Part shown: in pieces, positions 34,111 to 45,122 of the stretch | Layout: each line of letters starts with the position of its first letter | Numbering within the stretch: position 1 is the first letter of the stretch | NCBI GenBank assembly: GCA_947451285.1 | Contig: CANFYL010000002.1 | Location: 12,688-76,687, forward strand | Direction: 5' to 3' | Source: Comamonadaceae bacterium | GTDB lineage: Bacteria > Pseudomonadota > Gammaproteobacteria > Burkholderiales > Burkholderiaceae_C | Length of the DNA: 64,000 nt | The notes under the pieces: model-generated | Databases searched by the model: none | What the model saw: only the letters and a program-made list of their open reading frames with translations | Told to the model about the DNA's origin: nothing | Translations under genes and position numbers: made by a program

Positions 34111-34887
34111 TTAGCCGAAGCGGCCTGTGATGTAGTCTTCTGTAGCTGTTTTGTTAGGCTTGAAGAAAATTTGTTCCGTCTCTCCAAACTCTACTAATTC
34201 GCCTAAATACATGTAGGCGGTGTAATCGCTACAACGCGCAGCTTGTTGCATGTTGTGAGTCACAATGGCAATGCTGTAGTCGGCCTTTAACTCATGCACC
34301 AACTCCTCTACTTTTCCTGTAGAAATGGGGTCGAGTGCGGAGGTAGGCTCATCTAGCAACAGTACGGATGGTTTGACTGCGACGCTGCGTGCAATACACA
34401 AACGCTGCTGTTGGCCACCAGATAGAGACAAACCATTTTGACCCAGCTTATCCTTGACTTCTGTCCATAAAGCAGCTTTGCTTAAGGCCCATTCAACTCG
34501 TTCGTCCATTTCAGTTTTACTGAGGCTTTCATACAAGCGCACACCAAATGCAATGTTGTCGTAAATCGTCATGGGAAACGGGGTTGGCTTTTGAAAAACC
34601 ATACCAATTCGGGCACGCAGCAAATTCAAATCTTGCTTTGGATCCAAAATATTTTGGCCATAAAAGTTGATCTGACCTTCAGCACGTTGTCCTGGATATA
34701 GGCTATACATCCGGTTTAAAGTGCGCAACAAGGTTGACTTACCACAGCCAGATGGCCCGATGAAAGCGGTGACTTTACGCTCTGCTATGTCCATGGTGAC
34801 ATTACGCAGGCCTTGAAACTTGCCGTAAAAGAAATTCAGATCACGAACTTCAATGGCGTTTTTTGCTGCTGTATGGATTTCAGACAT
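34111..34887 (-). CDS. pstB: Phosphate ABC transporter ATPase
   Basis: [35 protein letters not shown]. Confidence 0.96.
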   Translation of the reverse strand: MSEIHTAAKNAIEVRDLNFFYGKFQGLRNVTMDIAERKVTAFIGPSGCGKSTLLRTLNRMYSLYPGQRAEGQINFYGQNILDPKQDLNLLRARIGMVFQKPTPFPMTIYDNIAFGVRLYESLSKTEMDERVEWALSKAALWTEVKDKLGQNGLSLSGGQQQRLCIARSVAVKPSVLLLDEPTSALDPISTGKVEELVHELKADYSIAIVTHNMQQAARCSDYTAYMYLGELVEFGETEQIFFKPNKTATEDYITGRFG

Positions 34888-34907
34888 TTGTGTATTCCTA
34901 ATTTAAA

Positions 34908-35762
34908 TTAAGCGCTGACTTTTTCACGAAAGAAGACTCGCGCTAACACATTCAGCACAAGCACTGCCAAAGTGATCAACAAAGCACCAGCCCAAGCTAA
35001 ACGCACCCAGTTGTCATAAGGACTCATGGCAAACTGAAAAATAACGACGGGTAAGTTCGCCATGGGTGCGCCCATGTTGGTACTGAAAAATTGATTGTTC
35101 AAAGCAGTGAACAACAAAGGGGCGGTTTCGCCGCTGATTCGTGCAACAGCCAACAACAAACCTGTCATCACACCGCTTTTAGCTGCGCGTAATGTGATGA
35201 AGGTTGACACTTTCCAACGTGGCGCCCCCAGAGCAAAGGCAGCTTCGCGTAAACTGCCGGGGACCAAGCGCAACATGTTTTCGGTAGTGCGCATGATGAC
35301 TGGAACAGCAATGAGCGACAGGGCCAAGCTTCCGGCATAACCTGAAAAGTTACCCACCGTGGCAACAGCGATCGCATAAACAAACAAACCCAGAACAATA
35401 GAGGGAGCTGACAGCATGATGTCGGTCACAAAACGCGTCAACTCTGCGGTTTTACTTTCATCGCCATACTCGGTGAGATAAATACCTGCCAAGATACCTA
35501 TCGGCGTAGAAACCAACACGGTCAAGCCCACAATCATCAAGCTACCCACAATTGCATTTCGCAATCCACCACCCTCTGTGCCGGGTGCAGGTGTGTCACT
35601 AACTAGCAAGTTACCGTCCAAGGCTGACAGCCCGTTGGCAAACAAGACGTAAAGTATCCAGAGCAATACGGCCAAACCAATAGCCATAGCCGTCATGGAA
35701 AATGCCAAACCCAGCAAACTGGTGATTCGACGCTTTGTATAGAGTTGATTGTTCATTTCCAT
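34908..35762 (-). CDS. pstA: Phosphate ABC transporter permease
   Basis: APSIVLGLF, LREAAFALG, GETAPLLFT. Confidence 0.95.
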   Translation of the reverse strand: MEMNNQLYTKRRITSLLGLAFSMTAMAIGLAVLLWILYVLFANGLSALDGNLLVSDTPAPGTEGGGLRNAIVGSLMIVGLTVLVSTPIGILAGIYLTEYGDESKTAELTRFVTDIMLSAPSIVLGLFVYAIAVATVGNFSGYAGSLALSLIAVPVIMRTTENMLRLVPGSLREAAFALGAPRWKVSTFITLRAAKSGVMTGLLLAVARISGETAPLLFTALNNQFFSTNMGAPMANLPVVIFQFAMSPYDNWVRLAWAGALLITLAVLVLNVLARVFFREKVSA

Positions 35763-35771
35763 AAAAACCTC

Positions 35772-36782
35772 TTAGTTGCCTTTTGCTTTTTCAGCACGCA
35801 TGATCATCATCTTGGCCATAGCTAGCACCACAAAGGTGATGACAAAAAGCAAGAATCCCAAAGCAAATAAAGTAGAAAAGTGCAAAGCCTCAGCCTCACC
35901 AAACTCGTTGGCTAAAACAGAGGCTATCGATGTGCCGGGTGAAAACAAAGAAGTTGGCATTCGATTGGCGTTGCCAATCACAAACGTCACAGCCATGGTT
36001 TCGCCTAATGCACGCCCCAGGCCCAACATGATCCCGCCGATCACGCCTTTTTGGGTATAAGGCAAGACCACTTGGCGCACCACTTCCCACGTGGTGCAAC
36101 CTAAACCATAAGCAGATTCACGGAGGATAGGTGGCGTGATTTCAAAAACGTCACGCATCACGGCTGCGACAAAAGGCAAGACCATAAAAGCCAATACGAT
36201 GCCAGCAGCCAAAATACCCATGCCATTGGTAGCACCACCAAACAAAAATCCGATCAAGGGCATTCCACCCAGAAGCTTTTGAAGAGGAACCTGGCAGTAG
36301 TCTGCAAACAAAGGCGCAAAAACAAACAAGCCGAACATACCGTAAATGATGGACGGCACAGCCGCCAATAATTCAATCGATGTTCCAAGAGGTCGACGTA
36401 ACCACACAGGACAAGTTTCTGTGAGAAACACTGCCACACCAAAGGCCAAAGGCACTGCCAACAAGAGCGCAATACCTGCGCTAGCCAGCGTTCCTACGAT
36501 CGCAATAGCAGCACCAAAATCTTGATTGATGATGTCCCATTCGACGTGCCACAAAAACTCAAACCCAAATTTCTGAAAAGTTGGCCAAGCATTAACGAAC
36601 AAAGAAATGATGATGCCCAATAAAGCAGCCAAAACGAGTAAAGAAAAAGCTTGTGTGATGCGGTGAAAGAAAAAGTCTTGTGTCCGCTGCCTGTTCGCAA
36701 CCGTCACCATGTCAGCGCTGACGGACTGAACCTCTTCGTCTTTCAATAAATTATGTGAGCTCATGACAGACCCTAGACTCAT
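35772..36782 (-). CDS. pstC: Phosphate ABC transporter permease
   Basis: ELLAAVPSIIYG, RESAYGLG, RALGETMAV, ANEFGEA; exact start uncertain. Confidence 0.95.
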   Translation of the reverse strand: MSLGSVMSSHNLLKDEEVQSVSADMVTVANRQRTQDFFFHRITQAFSLLVLAALLGIIISLFVNAWPTFQKFGFEFLWHVEWDIINQDFGAAIAIVGTLASAGIALLLAVPLAFGVAVFLTETCPVWLRRPLGTSIELLAAVPSIIYGMFGLFVFAPLFADYCQVPLQKLLGGMPLIGFLFGGATNGMGILAAGIVLAFMVLPFVAAVMRDVFEITPPILRESAYGLGCTTWEVVRQVVLPYTQKGVIGGIMLGLGRALGETMAVTFVIGNANRMPTSLFSPGTSIASVLANEFGEAEALHFSTLFALGFLLFVITFVVLAMAKMMIMRAEKAKGN

Positions 36783-36806
36783 AAAAAACTTTCTTTTTCA
36801 AAAACC

Positions 36807-36848
36807 AAAAAAAACGTCGGCACTTGAAAAAAGGCCGACGAATTTTTT
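36807..36848 (-). terminator. Stem-loop/terminator between pstS and pstC
   Basis: CGTCGGC/GCCGACG stem followed by U8 on the minus strand. Confidence 0.65.
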
Positions 36849-36861
36849 AGCTCAATTCAAA

Positions 36862-37893
36862 TTACTTTTGAATTTGTGTCCACACCTTCGCACGAATCTG
36901 CGAAGTCAAACTATCAGGGAGCGCCACGTAGTCTAGATCTTCGGCCATTTTTTTACCGTTGGCAAAAGCCCAATCGAAGAACTTTATTGCTTCAGCAGAG
37001 GCAACTTTGTCAGCAGGTTGCTTGTACATCAAAATAAAAGAAGCCGTGCTGATTGGCCAGCTGTTGGCTCCTTTTGCGTTGACCATTGAAACACCCATTC
37101 CAGGCACGCTCATCCAGTCAGCACCTGCAGCAGCAGCCGAAAAAGTCAGATCGTCTGGCGCTACATATTTGCCATCTGCGTTTTGCATCTGCATAAAGGT
37201 CATATTGTTCTTTTTCACATAGGCGTATTCAACATAACCCAAAGAACCTTTTACACGGTTGACGTTTGCTGCTACACCTTCGTTGCCTTTGCCACCGACT
37301 GAAGAAGCTGCTGGCCACTTAACTGCTGCGCCCTTGCCGACAGTGGACGACCAATCTTTGCTGACCGCACTGAGATAATCTGTGAAATTAAATGTGGTGC
37401 CTGAACCATCGGCGCGATGAACCACCGTGATAGCTTGGTCTGGTAATTTCTTGCCTGGGTTCAATGCTGCAATCTTGGCGTCGTTCCAATTGCCAATTTT
37501 TCCCATGAACATCTCTGCCAAAACAGCACCTGTTATGCGCAATTCTCCTGGCTTGAAACCATCCAAGTTCAAAACTGGCACGGTACCGCCAATGATGGCG
37601 GGAAATTGCACCAAGCCGTCCTTATCGAGATCTTCTCCAGACAAAGGAGCATCGGTTGCACCAAAGGTTACCGTCTTTGCTTTGATTTGACGAATACCGC
37701 CAGAAGATCCAATAGATTGGTAATTCAGACCATTACCAGTCGCAGCTTTGTAGCCTTCGGCCCATTTGGCATAGATAGGAAACGGGAAAGTCGCACCTGC
37801 CCCAGTGATGTCAGCAGCAAAGGCTGAAGCCATGGACAGAGTTGTCATTGCTGCAACCGCTACAGATTTCAAAAATGTACGTTTCGTGTTCAT
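36862..37893 (-). CDS. pstS: Phosphate-binding protein PstS
   Basis: GAGATFP, YQSIGSSGG, FGATD, RADGSGTT, GKGNEGV. Confidence 0.96.
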   Translation of the reverse strand: MNTKRTFLKSVAVAAMTTLSMASAFAADITGAGATFPFPIYAKWAEGYKAATGNGLNYQSIGSSGGIRQIKAKTVTFGATDAPLSGEDLDKDGLVQFPAIIGGTVPVLNLDGFKPGELRITGAVLAEMFMGKIGNWNDAKIAALNPGKKLPDQAITVVHRADGSGTTFNFTDYLSAVSKDWSSTVGKGAAVKWPAASSVGGKGNEGVAANVNRVKGSLGYVEYAYVKKNNMTFMQMQNADGKYVAPDDLTFSAAAAGADWMSVPGMGVSMVNAKGANSWPISTASFILMYKQPADKVASAEAIKFFDWAFANGKKMAEDLDYVALPDSLTSQIRAKVWTQIQK

Positions 37894-37939
37894 GTCATTC
37901 TTTCAATTTGTGAGAACAGCAATAATTTATCGAATATTT

Positions 37940-37957
37940 ATGACGTAATGATGACAA
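37940..37957 (-). promoter_or_regulatory. PHO box upstream of pstS
   Basis: Minus strand TTGTCAT-CATT-ACGTCAT: two 7-bp repeats at 11-bp spacing resembling the CTGTCAT consensus, 46 nt before the pstS ATG. Confidence 0.75.
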
Positions 37958-38016
37958 AAATATGGTTTGAAATATCCTAATTAATATAAAAATATTAACT
38001 ATAGTAAATAATTTAA

Positions 38017-38736
38017 TCAATAACGACGGCCTATCGACAAACGCCACATGTTTTGTGGCGTAAAGTTGATGACCGGGTCAAAGGCTATTCGGGTGAAAAA
38101 CTGTGCGAAGTCATACGTCACACTCATGCCTGTGCGCTGCACCATACGGTCTTCGACCAGACCACTTTTGAACAGCACATCGAGCGTCAAGCGGTGACCA
38201 TCAGGCATCGGAGTTCGATATAACAAGTGTAGATGTTGTTGATCAGGGTTTTGACGATTGTCTCGTACCACTTGCACAGACAACGATTGCAAGGACGACC
38301 AACGGTAGCCCACTGAGGCCATCCAAGCATCGTTAGGATCAAAGTTGAGGTTGACATAGGGGTGAAGATTGGTGCGTCCCAAGCCTAACCCCGCAAATAA
38401 GGTGTCGCCTGTTTCAACCGACAAACTGCCCCCCCAGAAGCCGCTGGAAGCGGTTTGGACCGAAGGCATGACGCGCCAACGAGACATCTCAAAGCTTTTG
38501 TCCCAGCCCATGCGAGCTTGAGACACTTTCTGCTCTGGCGAACGGTACCAAGCTACCCAGATGTTGCCTATCTGCGAATTTTGCCGAACATTGATGTCGA
38601 GCCCGTGGCTATTAGGCAAACCACTACCAGACAAAGCGTATACACCAGTGGTGAACTTGTACGAAGGATCCTCTGCATGTGTATTACTGCACCCCAGCAC
38701 GCACAGCATTGCCAAGCCTGTGCAGCGCTTGAACAT
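38017..38736 (-). CDS. Putative outer membrane beta-barrel protein (hypothetical)
   Basis: Signal peptide (THA|E); alternating aromatic/Gly strands; C-terminal WRLSIGRRY ending in an aromatic residue. Confidence 0.65.
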   Translation of the reverse strand: MFKRCTGLAMLCVLGCSNTHAEDPSYKFTTGVYALSGSGLPNSHGLDINVRQNSQIGNIWVAWYRSPEQKVSQARMGWDKSFEMSRWRVMPSVQTASSGFWGGSLSVETGDTLFAGLGLGRTNLHPYVNLNFDPNDAWMASVGYRWSSLQSLSVQVVRDNRQNPDQQHLHLLYRTPMPDGHRLTLDVLFKSGLVEDRMVQRTGMSVTYDFAQFFTRIAFDPVINFTPQNMWRLSIGRRY

Positions 38737-38738
38737 GA

Positions 38739-40070
38739 TTAAGCAAGTAAAGTATCTGCGATGCGCTGCGCGCAACGCTGGGCCTGGGTGGCATCTTGCG
38801 CTTCCACCATTACTCGCACAAGAGGTTCGGTGCCACTGGCCCGAATCAACACGCGCCCACTCTGACCCAACTCGGCACGAACTTTTTCGGTTTCTTCTTG
38901 CATTTGGGTGTTTGCTTGCCAATCTTGCCCAGGGCGCAGGCGCACATTGACAAGCGTTTGCGGAAACAGGCTAACCTCTTTAAGTAAATCGGCCATGGTG
39001 CGGCCACTGCGCACGCAAGTTTGCAGCACCTGCAATGCGCTGACCAAGCCGTCACCCGTGGTGTGCTTGTCCAGCGCTAACAAGTGGCCCGAGCCCTCAC
39101 CGCCCAAGTTCCATTGGTGTTTTTCAAGCTCTTCCAGTACATAACGATCGCCGACCTTGGCGCGAACAAATTGCACGCCACGGCGGGTCAAAGCCACTTC
39201 AACTGCCATATTGGTCATGAGTGTTCCCACCACGCCCGGTAACACCTCGTCTCTCGCCAAGCGGTCATCTGCCATGAGATAAAGCAACTCGTCCCCGTTG
39301 TATAAGCGCCCACGATCGTCCACGATTTGCAGTCGGTCGGCGTCGCCATCGAGAGCGACACCAAAGTCTGCATGGTTCGCTTTAACCGCACGAACCAAGG
39401 CCTCAGGATGAGTGGCACCCACCTCATGGTTGATATTGAGGCCATCGGGACTACAACCAATTGCGATCACCTCCGCACCTAGCTCATGAAACACTTTAGG
39501 TGCAATATGGTAAGCGGCGCCGTGCGCGGCATCGACCACAATTTTCAGCCCCTTGAGGGTTAAATCGTTGGCAAAGGTGCTTTTGCAAAACTCGATGTAA
39601 CGGCCAGCGGCGTCGTCTAGGCGTCTTGTTTTACCAAGGCTCGCGGAGTCCACCCAAACCGGCGGCTCCTCTAGCGCGGCTTCAACTGCCTGCTCCCATC
39701 TATCGCTGAGTTTGCTACCTTGGGCACTGAAAAACTTGATGCCGTTGTCAGCAAAAGGGTTATGGCTGGCACTGATGACCACGCCCAAGCTCGCACGCTG
39801 TGCGCGTGTGAGATAGGCTACGCCCGGGGTGGGCAAAGGGCCAAGCAAGACCACGTGCACGCCAGCGGAATTAAAGCCTGACTCAAGGGCAGACTCCAAC
39901 ATGTAACCTGAAATCCGGGTGTCTTTGCCAATCAGCACTGTGGGGTTGTTCTCAGTCTGCTTGAGCACGCGCCCCACGGCATGGGCCAAACGCAACACAA
40001 AATCAGGTGTGATGGGAGCTTGTCCCACGGTGCCGCGAATGCCATCGGTGCCAAAGTATTTACGGGTCAT
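38739..40070 (-). CDS. glmM: Phosphoglucosamine mutase
   Basis: [36 protein letters not shown]. Confidence 0.96.
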   Translation of the reverse strand: MTRKYFGTDGIRGTVGQAPITPDFVLRLAHAVGRVLKQTENNPTVLIGKDTRISGYMLESALESGFNSAGVHVVLLGPLPTPGVAYLTRAQRASLGVVISASHNPFADNGIKFFSAQGSKLSDRWEQAVEAALEEPPVWVDSASLGKTRRLDDAAGRYIEFCKSTFANDLTLKGLKIVVDAAHGAAYHIAPKVFHELGAEVIAIGCSPDGLNINHEVGATHPEALVRAVKANHADFGVALDGDADRLQIVDDRGRLYNGDELLYLMADDRLARDEVLPGVVGTLMTNMAVEVALTRRGVQFVRAKVGDRYVLEELEKHQWNLGGEGSGHLLALDKHTTGDGLVSALQVLQTCVRSGRTMADLLKEVSLFPQTLVNVRLRPGQDWQANTQMQEETEKVRAELGQSGRVLIRASGTEPLVRVMVEAQDATQAQRCAQRIADTLLA

Positions 40071-40103
40071 ACTGTTTTTTTGAAGAGTGATGGAGATATT
40101 GTC

Positions 40104-40928
40104 TCAAAGAGTGGCTGACTCCCAGACTTTCAAGGCATGCACCGTATGCAACACGTCGTGAACACGCACAATGCGTGCACCGCGATCAACCGCCAATAGA
40201 GCAGCTGCCACGCTTGGCACCAGACGTTCACCGACTTGGCAACCAGTCACGGCTCCGAGCGAGGACTTGCGCGACCACCCCACCAGCAAGGGATAACCCA
40301 AAGACAGCAACTCGGCATGGCCAGAGAGCAATTCAAAATTCTGTTGTACTGTTTTGCCAAAACCCACCCCTGGATCCAGCGTGATGCGATCAGCGTCCAC
40401 GCCCAAAGCACGCAACTGCTGCGCCTGGTCGTTCAAAAACTCCCTGACATCAGGCAAGGCCAAGCCTTCCATCGGACGCAATTGCATGGTGCGTGGTTCC
40501 CCCGCCATATGCATGAGGCATACACCACAACTCGGGTGTGCTGACACCAAGACCTGAGCTTGCGGTTGACGCAAAGCCCAGATGTCATTGACGATATCGA
40601 CCCCGGCATCCAAAACGGCTTGCATAACCTGTGGTTTGTAAGTGTCTACCGAGAGAGGAATATGCCACTTCAAGGCCTCCCGCACCACAGGAAGCACACG
40701 CGCCAGTTCGTCCTCAAAAGAAACGGCGGGTGCCCCTGGTCTAGTCGACTCGCCACCAATATCCAATATATGTGCACCCTCTTTGAGTAATTTCTCGGCA
40801 TGAGCCAAAGCAGCCCGGGTAGTTTGGTGGTGACCACCGTCTGAAAAAGAGTCTGGTGTGACATTGACGATGCCCATCACTTGAGGGCGACTCAAATCAA
40901 TTCGAAATCGTGTGGTTTGCCAAAACAT
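40104..40928 (-). CDS. folP: Dihydropteroate synthase
   Basis: MGIVNVTPDSFSDGG, GGESTRPG, DPGVGFGK, SRKS, RVHDV. Confidence 0.95.
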   Translation of the reverse strand: MFWQTTRFRIDLSRPQVMGIVNVTPDSFSDGGHHQTTRAALAHAEKLLKEGAHILDIGGESTRPGAPAVSFEDELARVLPVVREALKWHIPLSVDTYKPQVMQAVLDAGVDIVNDIWALRQPQAQVLVSAHPSCGVCLMHMAGEPRTMQLRPMEGLALPDVREFLNDQAQQLRALGVDADRITLDPGVGFGKTVQQNFELLSGHAELLSLGYPLLVGWSRKSSLGAVTGCQVGERLVPSVAAALLAVDRGARIVRVHDVLHTVHALKVWESATL

Positions 40929-40940
40929 AAAGCGCCCATG

Positions 40941-40963
40941 AAAAACGGGGCTTACGCCCCGTT
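40941..40963 (-). terminator. Intrinsic terminator after ftsH
   Basis: Minus strand AACGGGGC-GTAA-GCCCCG followed by T5 (GNRA loop). Confidence 0.7.
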
Positions 40964-40994
40964 GGTTGATGTCATCCAATGACTGAGCAATTCA

Positions 40995-42908
40995 TCACGC
41001 AGCCGATGGCGCTGGATCAGGTTGAACAGCTGGCGTGCCACCACTGCCACCACCTGAAGATGGCGTACGAGGTGTCCAGTCTTTAGGGGGACGAGGCTCA
41101 CGGCCAGCCATGATGTCATCGAGCTGCTCAGTGTCAATGGTTTCCCATTCCAGCAGTGCTTTGGCCATAACATGCATTTTGTCGGCGTTCTCTTCAATCA
41201 AGCCACGCGCTAAGGCGTACTGCGCGTCGATGATGCTGCGCACTTCCATGTCAACTTTTTGCATAGTAGCTTCTGACATGTTAGTGGTCTTGGTCACGGA
41301 TCGACCCAAGAAAACTTCGCCTTCATTTTCAGCATAAACCATTGGACCCAATGCCTGGGTCATGCCATAACGCATCACCATGTCACGCGCAATCGTAGTA
41401 GCGCGTTCAAAATCATTGCTAGCGCCAGTAGTCATTTGATGCATGAATACCTCTTCAGCGATACGTCCACCGAACAACATGCTGATTTGGTTCAGCATGT
41501 ATTCGCGGTCGTAGCTATAGCGGTCTTGAGCTGGCAAGCTCATGGTTACGCCCAAGGCACGGCCTCGTGGAATGATGGTCACTTTGTGTACTGGGTCACA
41601 CTTGGGCAATAGTTTGCCAATCAAGGCATGGCCGGACTCGTGATAAGCCGTGTTGCGACGCTCTTCTTCGGGCATAACCATGCTTTTGCGCTCTGGACCC
41701 ATCAAGATTTTGTCTTTGGCTTTTTCAAAGTCGACCATCTCGACAACACGTGCATTTCGACGTGCAGCCATCAAGGCGGCTTCGTTACAAAGGTTAGCCA
41801 AGTCAGCGCCACTCATACCGGGTGTACCACGTGCGATCACACTGGCGTTGACATCTTGGCCCAAGGGAACTTTACGCATGTGTACATTCAAGATTTGTTC
41901 GCGTCCGCGAATGTCAGGAAGCGTCACGTAAACTTGGCGATCGAATCGACCTGGTCGCAACAAGGCGGCATCCAAAATATCTGGGCGGTTGGTGGCAGCG
42001 ACCACGATCACGCCGAGGTTGGTTTCGAAACCATCCATCTCCACCAGCATTTGGTTCAGGGTTTGTTCGCGTTCGTCATTGCCGCCACCCAAACCTGCGC
42101 CACGTTGACGACCTACTGCGTCGATCTCATCGATGAAGATGATGCAAGGTGCATTTTTCTTGGCGTTCTCAAACATGTCGCGCACACGGGCTGCACCGAC
42201 ACCAACGAACATCTCCACAAAGTCAGAGCCTGAAATACTGAAAAACGGCACCTTGGCTTCGCCAGCGATGCCTTTGGCCAGCAAGGTTTTACCTGTGCCT
42301 GGAGGCCCGACTAGCAATAAGCCACGAGGAATTCGTCCCCCAAGCTTTTGGAATTTTTGCGGGTCTTTGAGGAAGTCGACCACTTCTTTGACTTCTTCTT
42401 TGGCTTCATCGCAACCGGCCACATCGGCAAAGGTCACGGTGTTGTTATTCTCGTCAAGCATGCGCGCTTTGCTTTTGCCAAAGCTAAACGCTCCACCTTT
42501 GCCACCACCTTGCATTTGGCGCATAAAGTAAACCCAAACGCCAATCAATAGCAACATGGGGCCCCAACTGACCAACAAGGTCATGAGCAAAGAGCCTTCT
42601 TCGCGGGGTTTAACGTCAAACTTGACGCCATTGGCAATCAAGTCACCCACCAAACCTCGGTCCAGATAAGTGGCTGTCGTGCGAATTTTTCGCTCATCGT
42701 TGGTGACTGCGACGATTTCGGTGCCGCCCTGACCTTCTTGAATGGTGGCGGTTTTTATCCGCTTGGCACGGACTTCCTCGAGGAAGTCCGAATAGCCCAA
42801 GTAGCCAGAGCCGGCGCCGGGTCGTGTTTCAAATTGTTTGAACACGGTGAACAGCACCAAGGCGATCACCAACCAAACAGCGACTTTTGAGAACCATTGA
42901 TTGTTCAA
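40995..42908 (-). CDS. ftsH: ATP-dependent zinc metalloprotease FtsH
   Basis: [27 protein letters not shown]; TTG start. Confidence 0.97.
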   Translation of the reverse strand: MNNQWFSKVAVWLVIALVLFTVFKQFETRPGAGSGYLGYSDFLEEVRAKRIKTATIQEGQGGTEIVAVTNDERKIRTTATYLDRGLVGDLIANGVKFDVKPREEGSLLMTLLVSWGPMLLLIGVWVYFMRQMQGGGKGGAFSFGKSKARMLDENNNTVTFADVAGCDEAKEEVKEVVDFLKDPQKFQKLGGRIPRGLLLVGPPGTGKTLLAKGIAGEAKVPFFSISGSDFVEMFVGVGAARVRDMFENAKKNAPCIIFIDEIDAVGRQRGAGLGGGNDEREQTLNQMLVEMDGFETNLGVIVVAATNRPDILDAALLRPGRFDRQVYVTLPDIRGREQILNVHMRKVPLGQDVNASVIARGTPGMSGADLANLCNEAALMAARRNARVVEMVDFEKAKDKILMGPERKSMVMPEEERRNTAYHESGHALIGKLLPKCDPVHKVTIIPRGRALGVTMSLPAQDRYSYDREYMLNQISMLFGGRIAEEVFMHQMTTGASNDFERATTIARDMVMRYGMTQALGPMVYAENEGEVFLGRSVTKTTNMSEATMQKVDMEVRSIIDAQYALARGLIEENADKMHVMAKALLEWETIDTEQLDDIMAGREPRPPKDWTPRTPSSGGGSGGTPAVQPDPAPSAA

Positions 42909-42946
42909 TGTGGGCTCCGAATAGAAAGAGAGTACGGGTCGTACCT

Positions 42947-42974
42947 AGATGTGACCCATTTTAGGCCTTTCAAG
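42947..42974 (-). promoter_or_regulatory. Candidate sigma32 promoter of ftsH
   Basis: Minus strand CTTGAAA-N13-TCACATCT versus consensus CTTGAAA-N13/14-CCCCATNT. Confidence 0.5.
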
Positions 42975-43014
42975 ACACGCTATTGCTTTATTCGCTAGAT
43001 TCAGCCTTGTGTCG

Positions 43015-43689
43015 TTAAGGATTTACAACGTTACGTCGCTTCAGACCAATACCAACTAAAAAGGTTTCACTTGATTTATCCCTACTGGCCTTGGGCTTGA
43101 TAGGTTTGACTGCATGAAAAGTATCTTTGAATAATTGAGTCAATTGACTGTAGCCCGAACCGTGAAATAGCTTAACAACCAAAGCCCCTTCTTCTTTCAA
43201 ATGGGATTGTGAAAAGTCAACAGCTAACTCAACCAAATGGGCAATTCGGGCAGCGTCTGCAGACTCAATACCAGACAAGTTAGGCGCCATGTCAGACACC
43301 ACCACATCGGCCTGGCGACCTTGCAAGGCGGCTTCTAACTGTGCCAATATCTCAGGCTCACGAAAATCACCGTTCAAAAATTGAACGCCTTCCACGGGCT
43401 CCATCGGCAAAATATCCAAAGCGATGATGGTGCCATTCAAAGTTCCAACCGCGGCACCATTAGGCGACAAACGACGACGCACATATTGGCTCCAAGCGCC
43501 AGGAGTAGATCCCAAATCAACCACCAAATTTCCTGGCTTGATCAATCCCAGTTGCTCGTCAATTTCTTTCAACTTAAATGCAGCGCGCGCGCGGTAGCCA
43601 TCCTTCTTCGCCATCTTGACGTAAGGGTCGTTGACATGGTCGTTGAGCCATGACTTGTTGACCTTTTTGCTTTTAGTTTTAACTTTCAA
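43015..43689 (-). CDS. rlmE: 23S rRNA Um2552 methyltransferase
   Basis: [38 protein letters not shown]; probable TTG start at 43689. Confidence 0.94.
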   Translation of the reverse strand: MKVKTKSKKVNKSWLNDHVNDPYVKMAKKDGYRARAAFKLKEIDEQLGLIKPGNLVVDLGSTPGAWSQYVRRRLSPNGAAVGTLNGTIIALDILPMEPVEGVQFLNGDFREPEILAQLEAALQGRQADVVVSDMAPNLSGIESADAARIAHLVELAVDFSQSHLKEEGALVVKLFHGSGYSQLTQLFKDTFHAVKPIKPKASRDKSSETFLVGIGLKRRNVVNP

Positions 43690-43723
43690 TTCATACCTTT
43701 GAACGAGCGGGGATAATAACCCC

Positions 43724-44197
43724 ATGCCCGCCATACAACTCACACCTGCACAACGCAAAATCCACCGTTCAGAAGCCCACCACCTCGACCCTGTCGTGAT
43801 GATTGGCAACGATGGTTTGACGCCTGCCGTCCTCAAAGAAGCCGAGATGGCGCTCAGCGCCCACGGCCTGATCAAAATTCGCGTCTTAGGCGATGACCGC
43901 GCCGCGCGCGAAGAGATGTTTGCCGCCTTGGCAGACCAACTTCATGCAGCACCGATTCAACACATTGGTAAGTTGCTGGTGCTGTGGCGCCCACAACCGG
44001 AAAAAGTCCGCGAAGTAGACGAAGATCGTCTGCCAGGCCCACGCGATGTCAAAGTGCTTAAGTACAGCAAACGGGGTGGCCAGCGTCCCGAGGTCAAAAT
44101 GTTGCGCGTGTTGGGCAACCAACGACTGACCTCTGGCGGTCAAGTCAAACGCGCCAAGCCGAAGAAAACATCGGTCAAAAAACGCACGCTGGGCTGA
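43724..44197 (+). CDS. yhbY: CRM-domain RNA-binding protein YhbY
   Basis: [30 protein letters not shown]; divergent from rlmE; basic tail. Confidence 0.9.
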   Translation: MPAIQLTPAQRKIHRSEAHHLDPVVMIGNDGLTPAVLKEAEMALSAHGLIKIRVLGDDRAAREEMFAALADQLHAAPIQHIGKLLVLWRPQPEKVREVDEDRLPGPRDVKVLKYSKRGGQRPEVKMLRVLGNQRLTSGGQVKRAKPKKTSVKKRTLG

Positions 44198-44218
44198 TCG
44201 GTCCGTATTCAGGCCAGC

Positions 44219-44623
44219 TCAAGCAGCTGGCGGTTGAGTGTCCCACAGCACTTTCCCAGCACATAAGCACTGCCCTAGGTACAGAGCGGTGCCGAGGTTG
44301 TGCCAAAGCATTAGGTTGTCACGTGCCACGATGTGAGGTGCCACCGAAAACTCTAGCAGTAGAGCCATCAACACCCCGCCTAGCAACCAAGGAGAAGGCG
44401 ACTGTGTCAATCCTTGTGCGCGGGCTTGCCGTTGCGCCGCCAACAGCAGCAGCAGACAACACAGCAAGGACAACCAGGTTTGCGCTGCAAACAACTTCGC
44501 AGCCATTTGCCCCGCCATAGCCGGGGATTCCAAATACACGAACAACAAGGGCACCACCAGCAAGCCGATGGTCGTCATGCTGCCCCACCACAGCGCTGCC
44601 AAATAAATTTGCAACCGCGTCAC
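44219..44623 (-). CDS. Membrane protein (DUF4149-like)
   Basis: ALWWG, VPLLF, AGQMAAKLF, WH motif; downstream of greA; probable GTG start. Confidence 0.75.
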   Translation of the reverse strand: MTRLQIYLAALWWGSMTTIGLLVVPLLFVYLESPAMAGQMAAKLFAAQTWLSLLCCLLLLLAAQRQARAQGLTQSPSPWLLGGVLMALLLEFSVAPHIVARDNLMLWHNLGTALYLGQCLCAGKVLWDTQPPAA

Positions 44624-44630
44624 GGGGTGA

Positions 44631-45107
44631 TCAGCGGTAAGCCACCGCCACAATTTCGTAGTGTTTAACGCCACCTGGGGCCTGGACCTCAGCCACATCG
44701 CCCTCCTCCTTGCCAATCAAGGCGCGGGCAATCGGACTGCTGATGTTGATCAATCCCAATTTCAAATCAGCTTCGTCTTCGCCTACGATTTGGTAGGTTA
44801 CAGCGTCGCCTGTGTCTTCATCCTCTAACTCAACAGTCGCACCGAATACAACGCGACCGCCGGCATCTACCTCCGACGGATCGATGATTTGTGCAGCTGA
44901 TAACTTGCCTTCAATTTCTTGAATGCGTCCTTCGATGAAACCTTGACGGTCCTTGGCCGCGTCGTACTCGGCGTTTTCACTCAAGTCACCTTGGGCACGT
45001 GCTTCAGCAATCGCATTGATGACAGAGGGACGCTCCACGGTTTTGAGCTTATGCAGCTCTTCTTTGAGTTTTTCGGCTCCGCGCTTGGTGATAGGAATGG
45101 TGGTCAT
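44631..45107 (-). CDS. greA: Transcription elongation factor GreA
   Basis: [19 protein letters not shown]. Confidence 0.96.
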   Translation of the reverse strand: MTTIPITKRGAEKLKEELHKLKTVERPSVINAIAEARAQGDLSENAEYDAAKDRQGFIEGRIQEIEGKLSAAQIIDPSEVDAGGRVVFGATVELEDEDTGDAVTYQIVGEDEADLKLGLINISSPIARALIGKEEGDVAEVQAPGGVKHYEIVAVAYR

Positions 45108-45122
45108 GTGTTGGTGGCTTTC

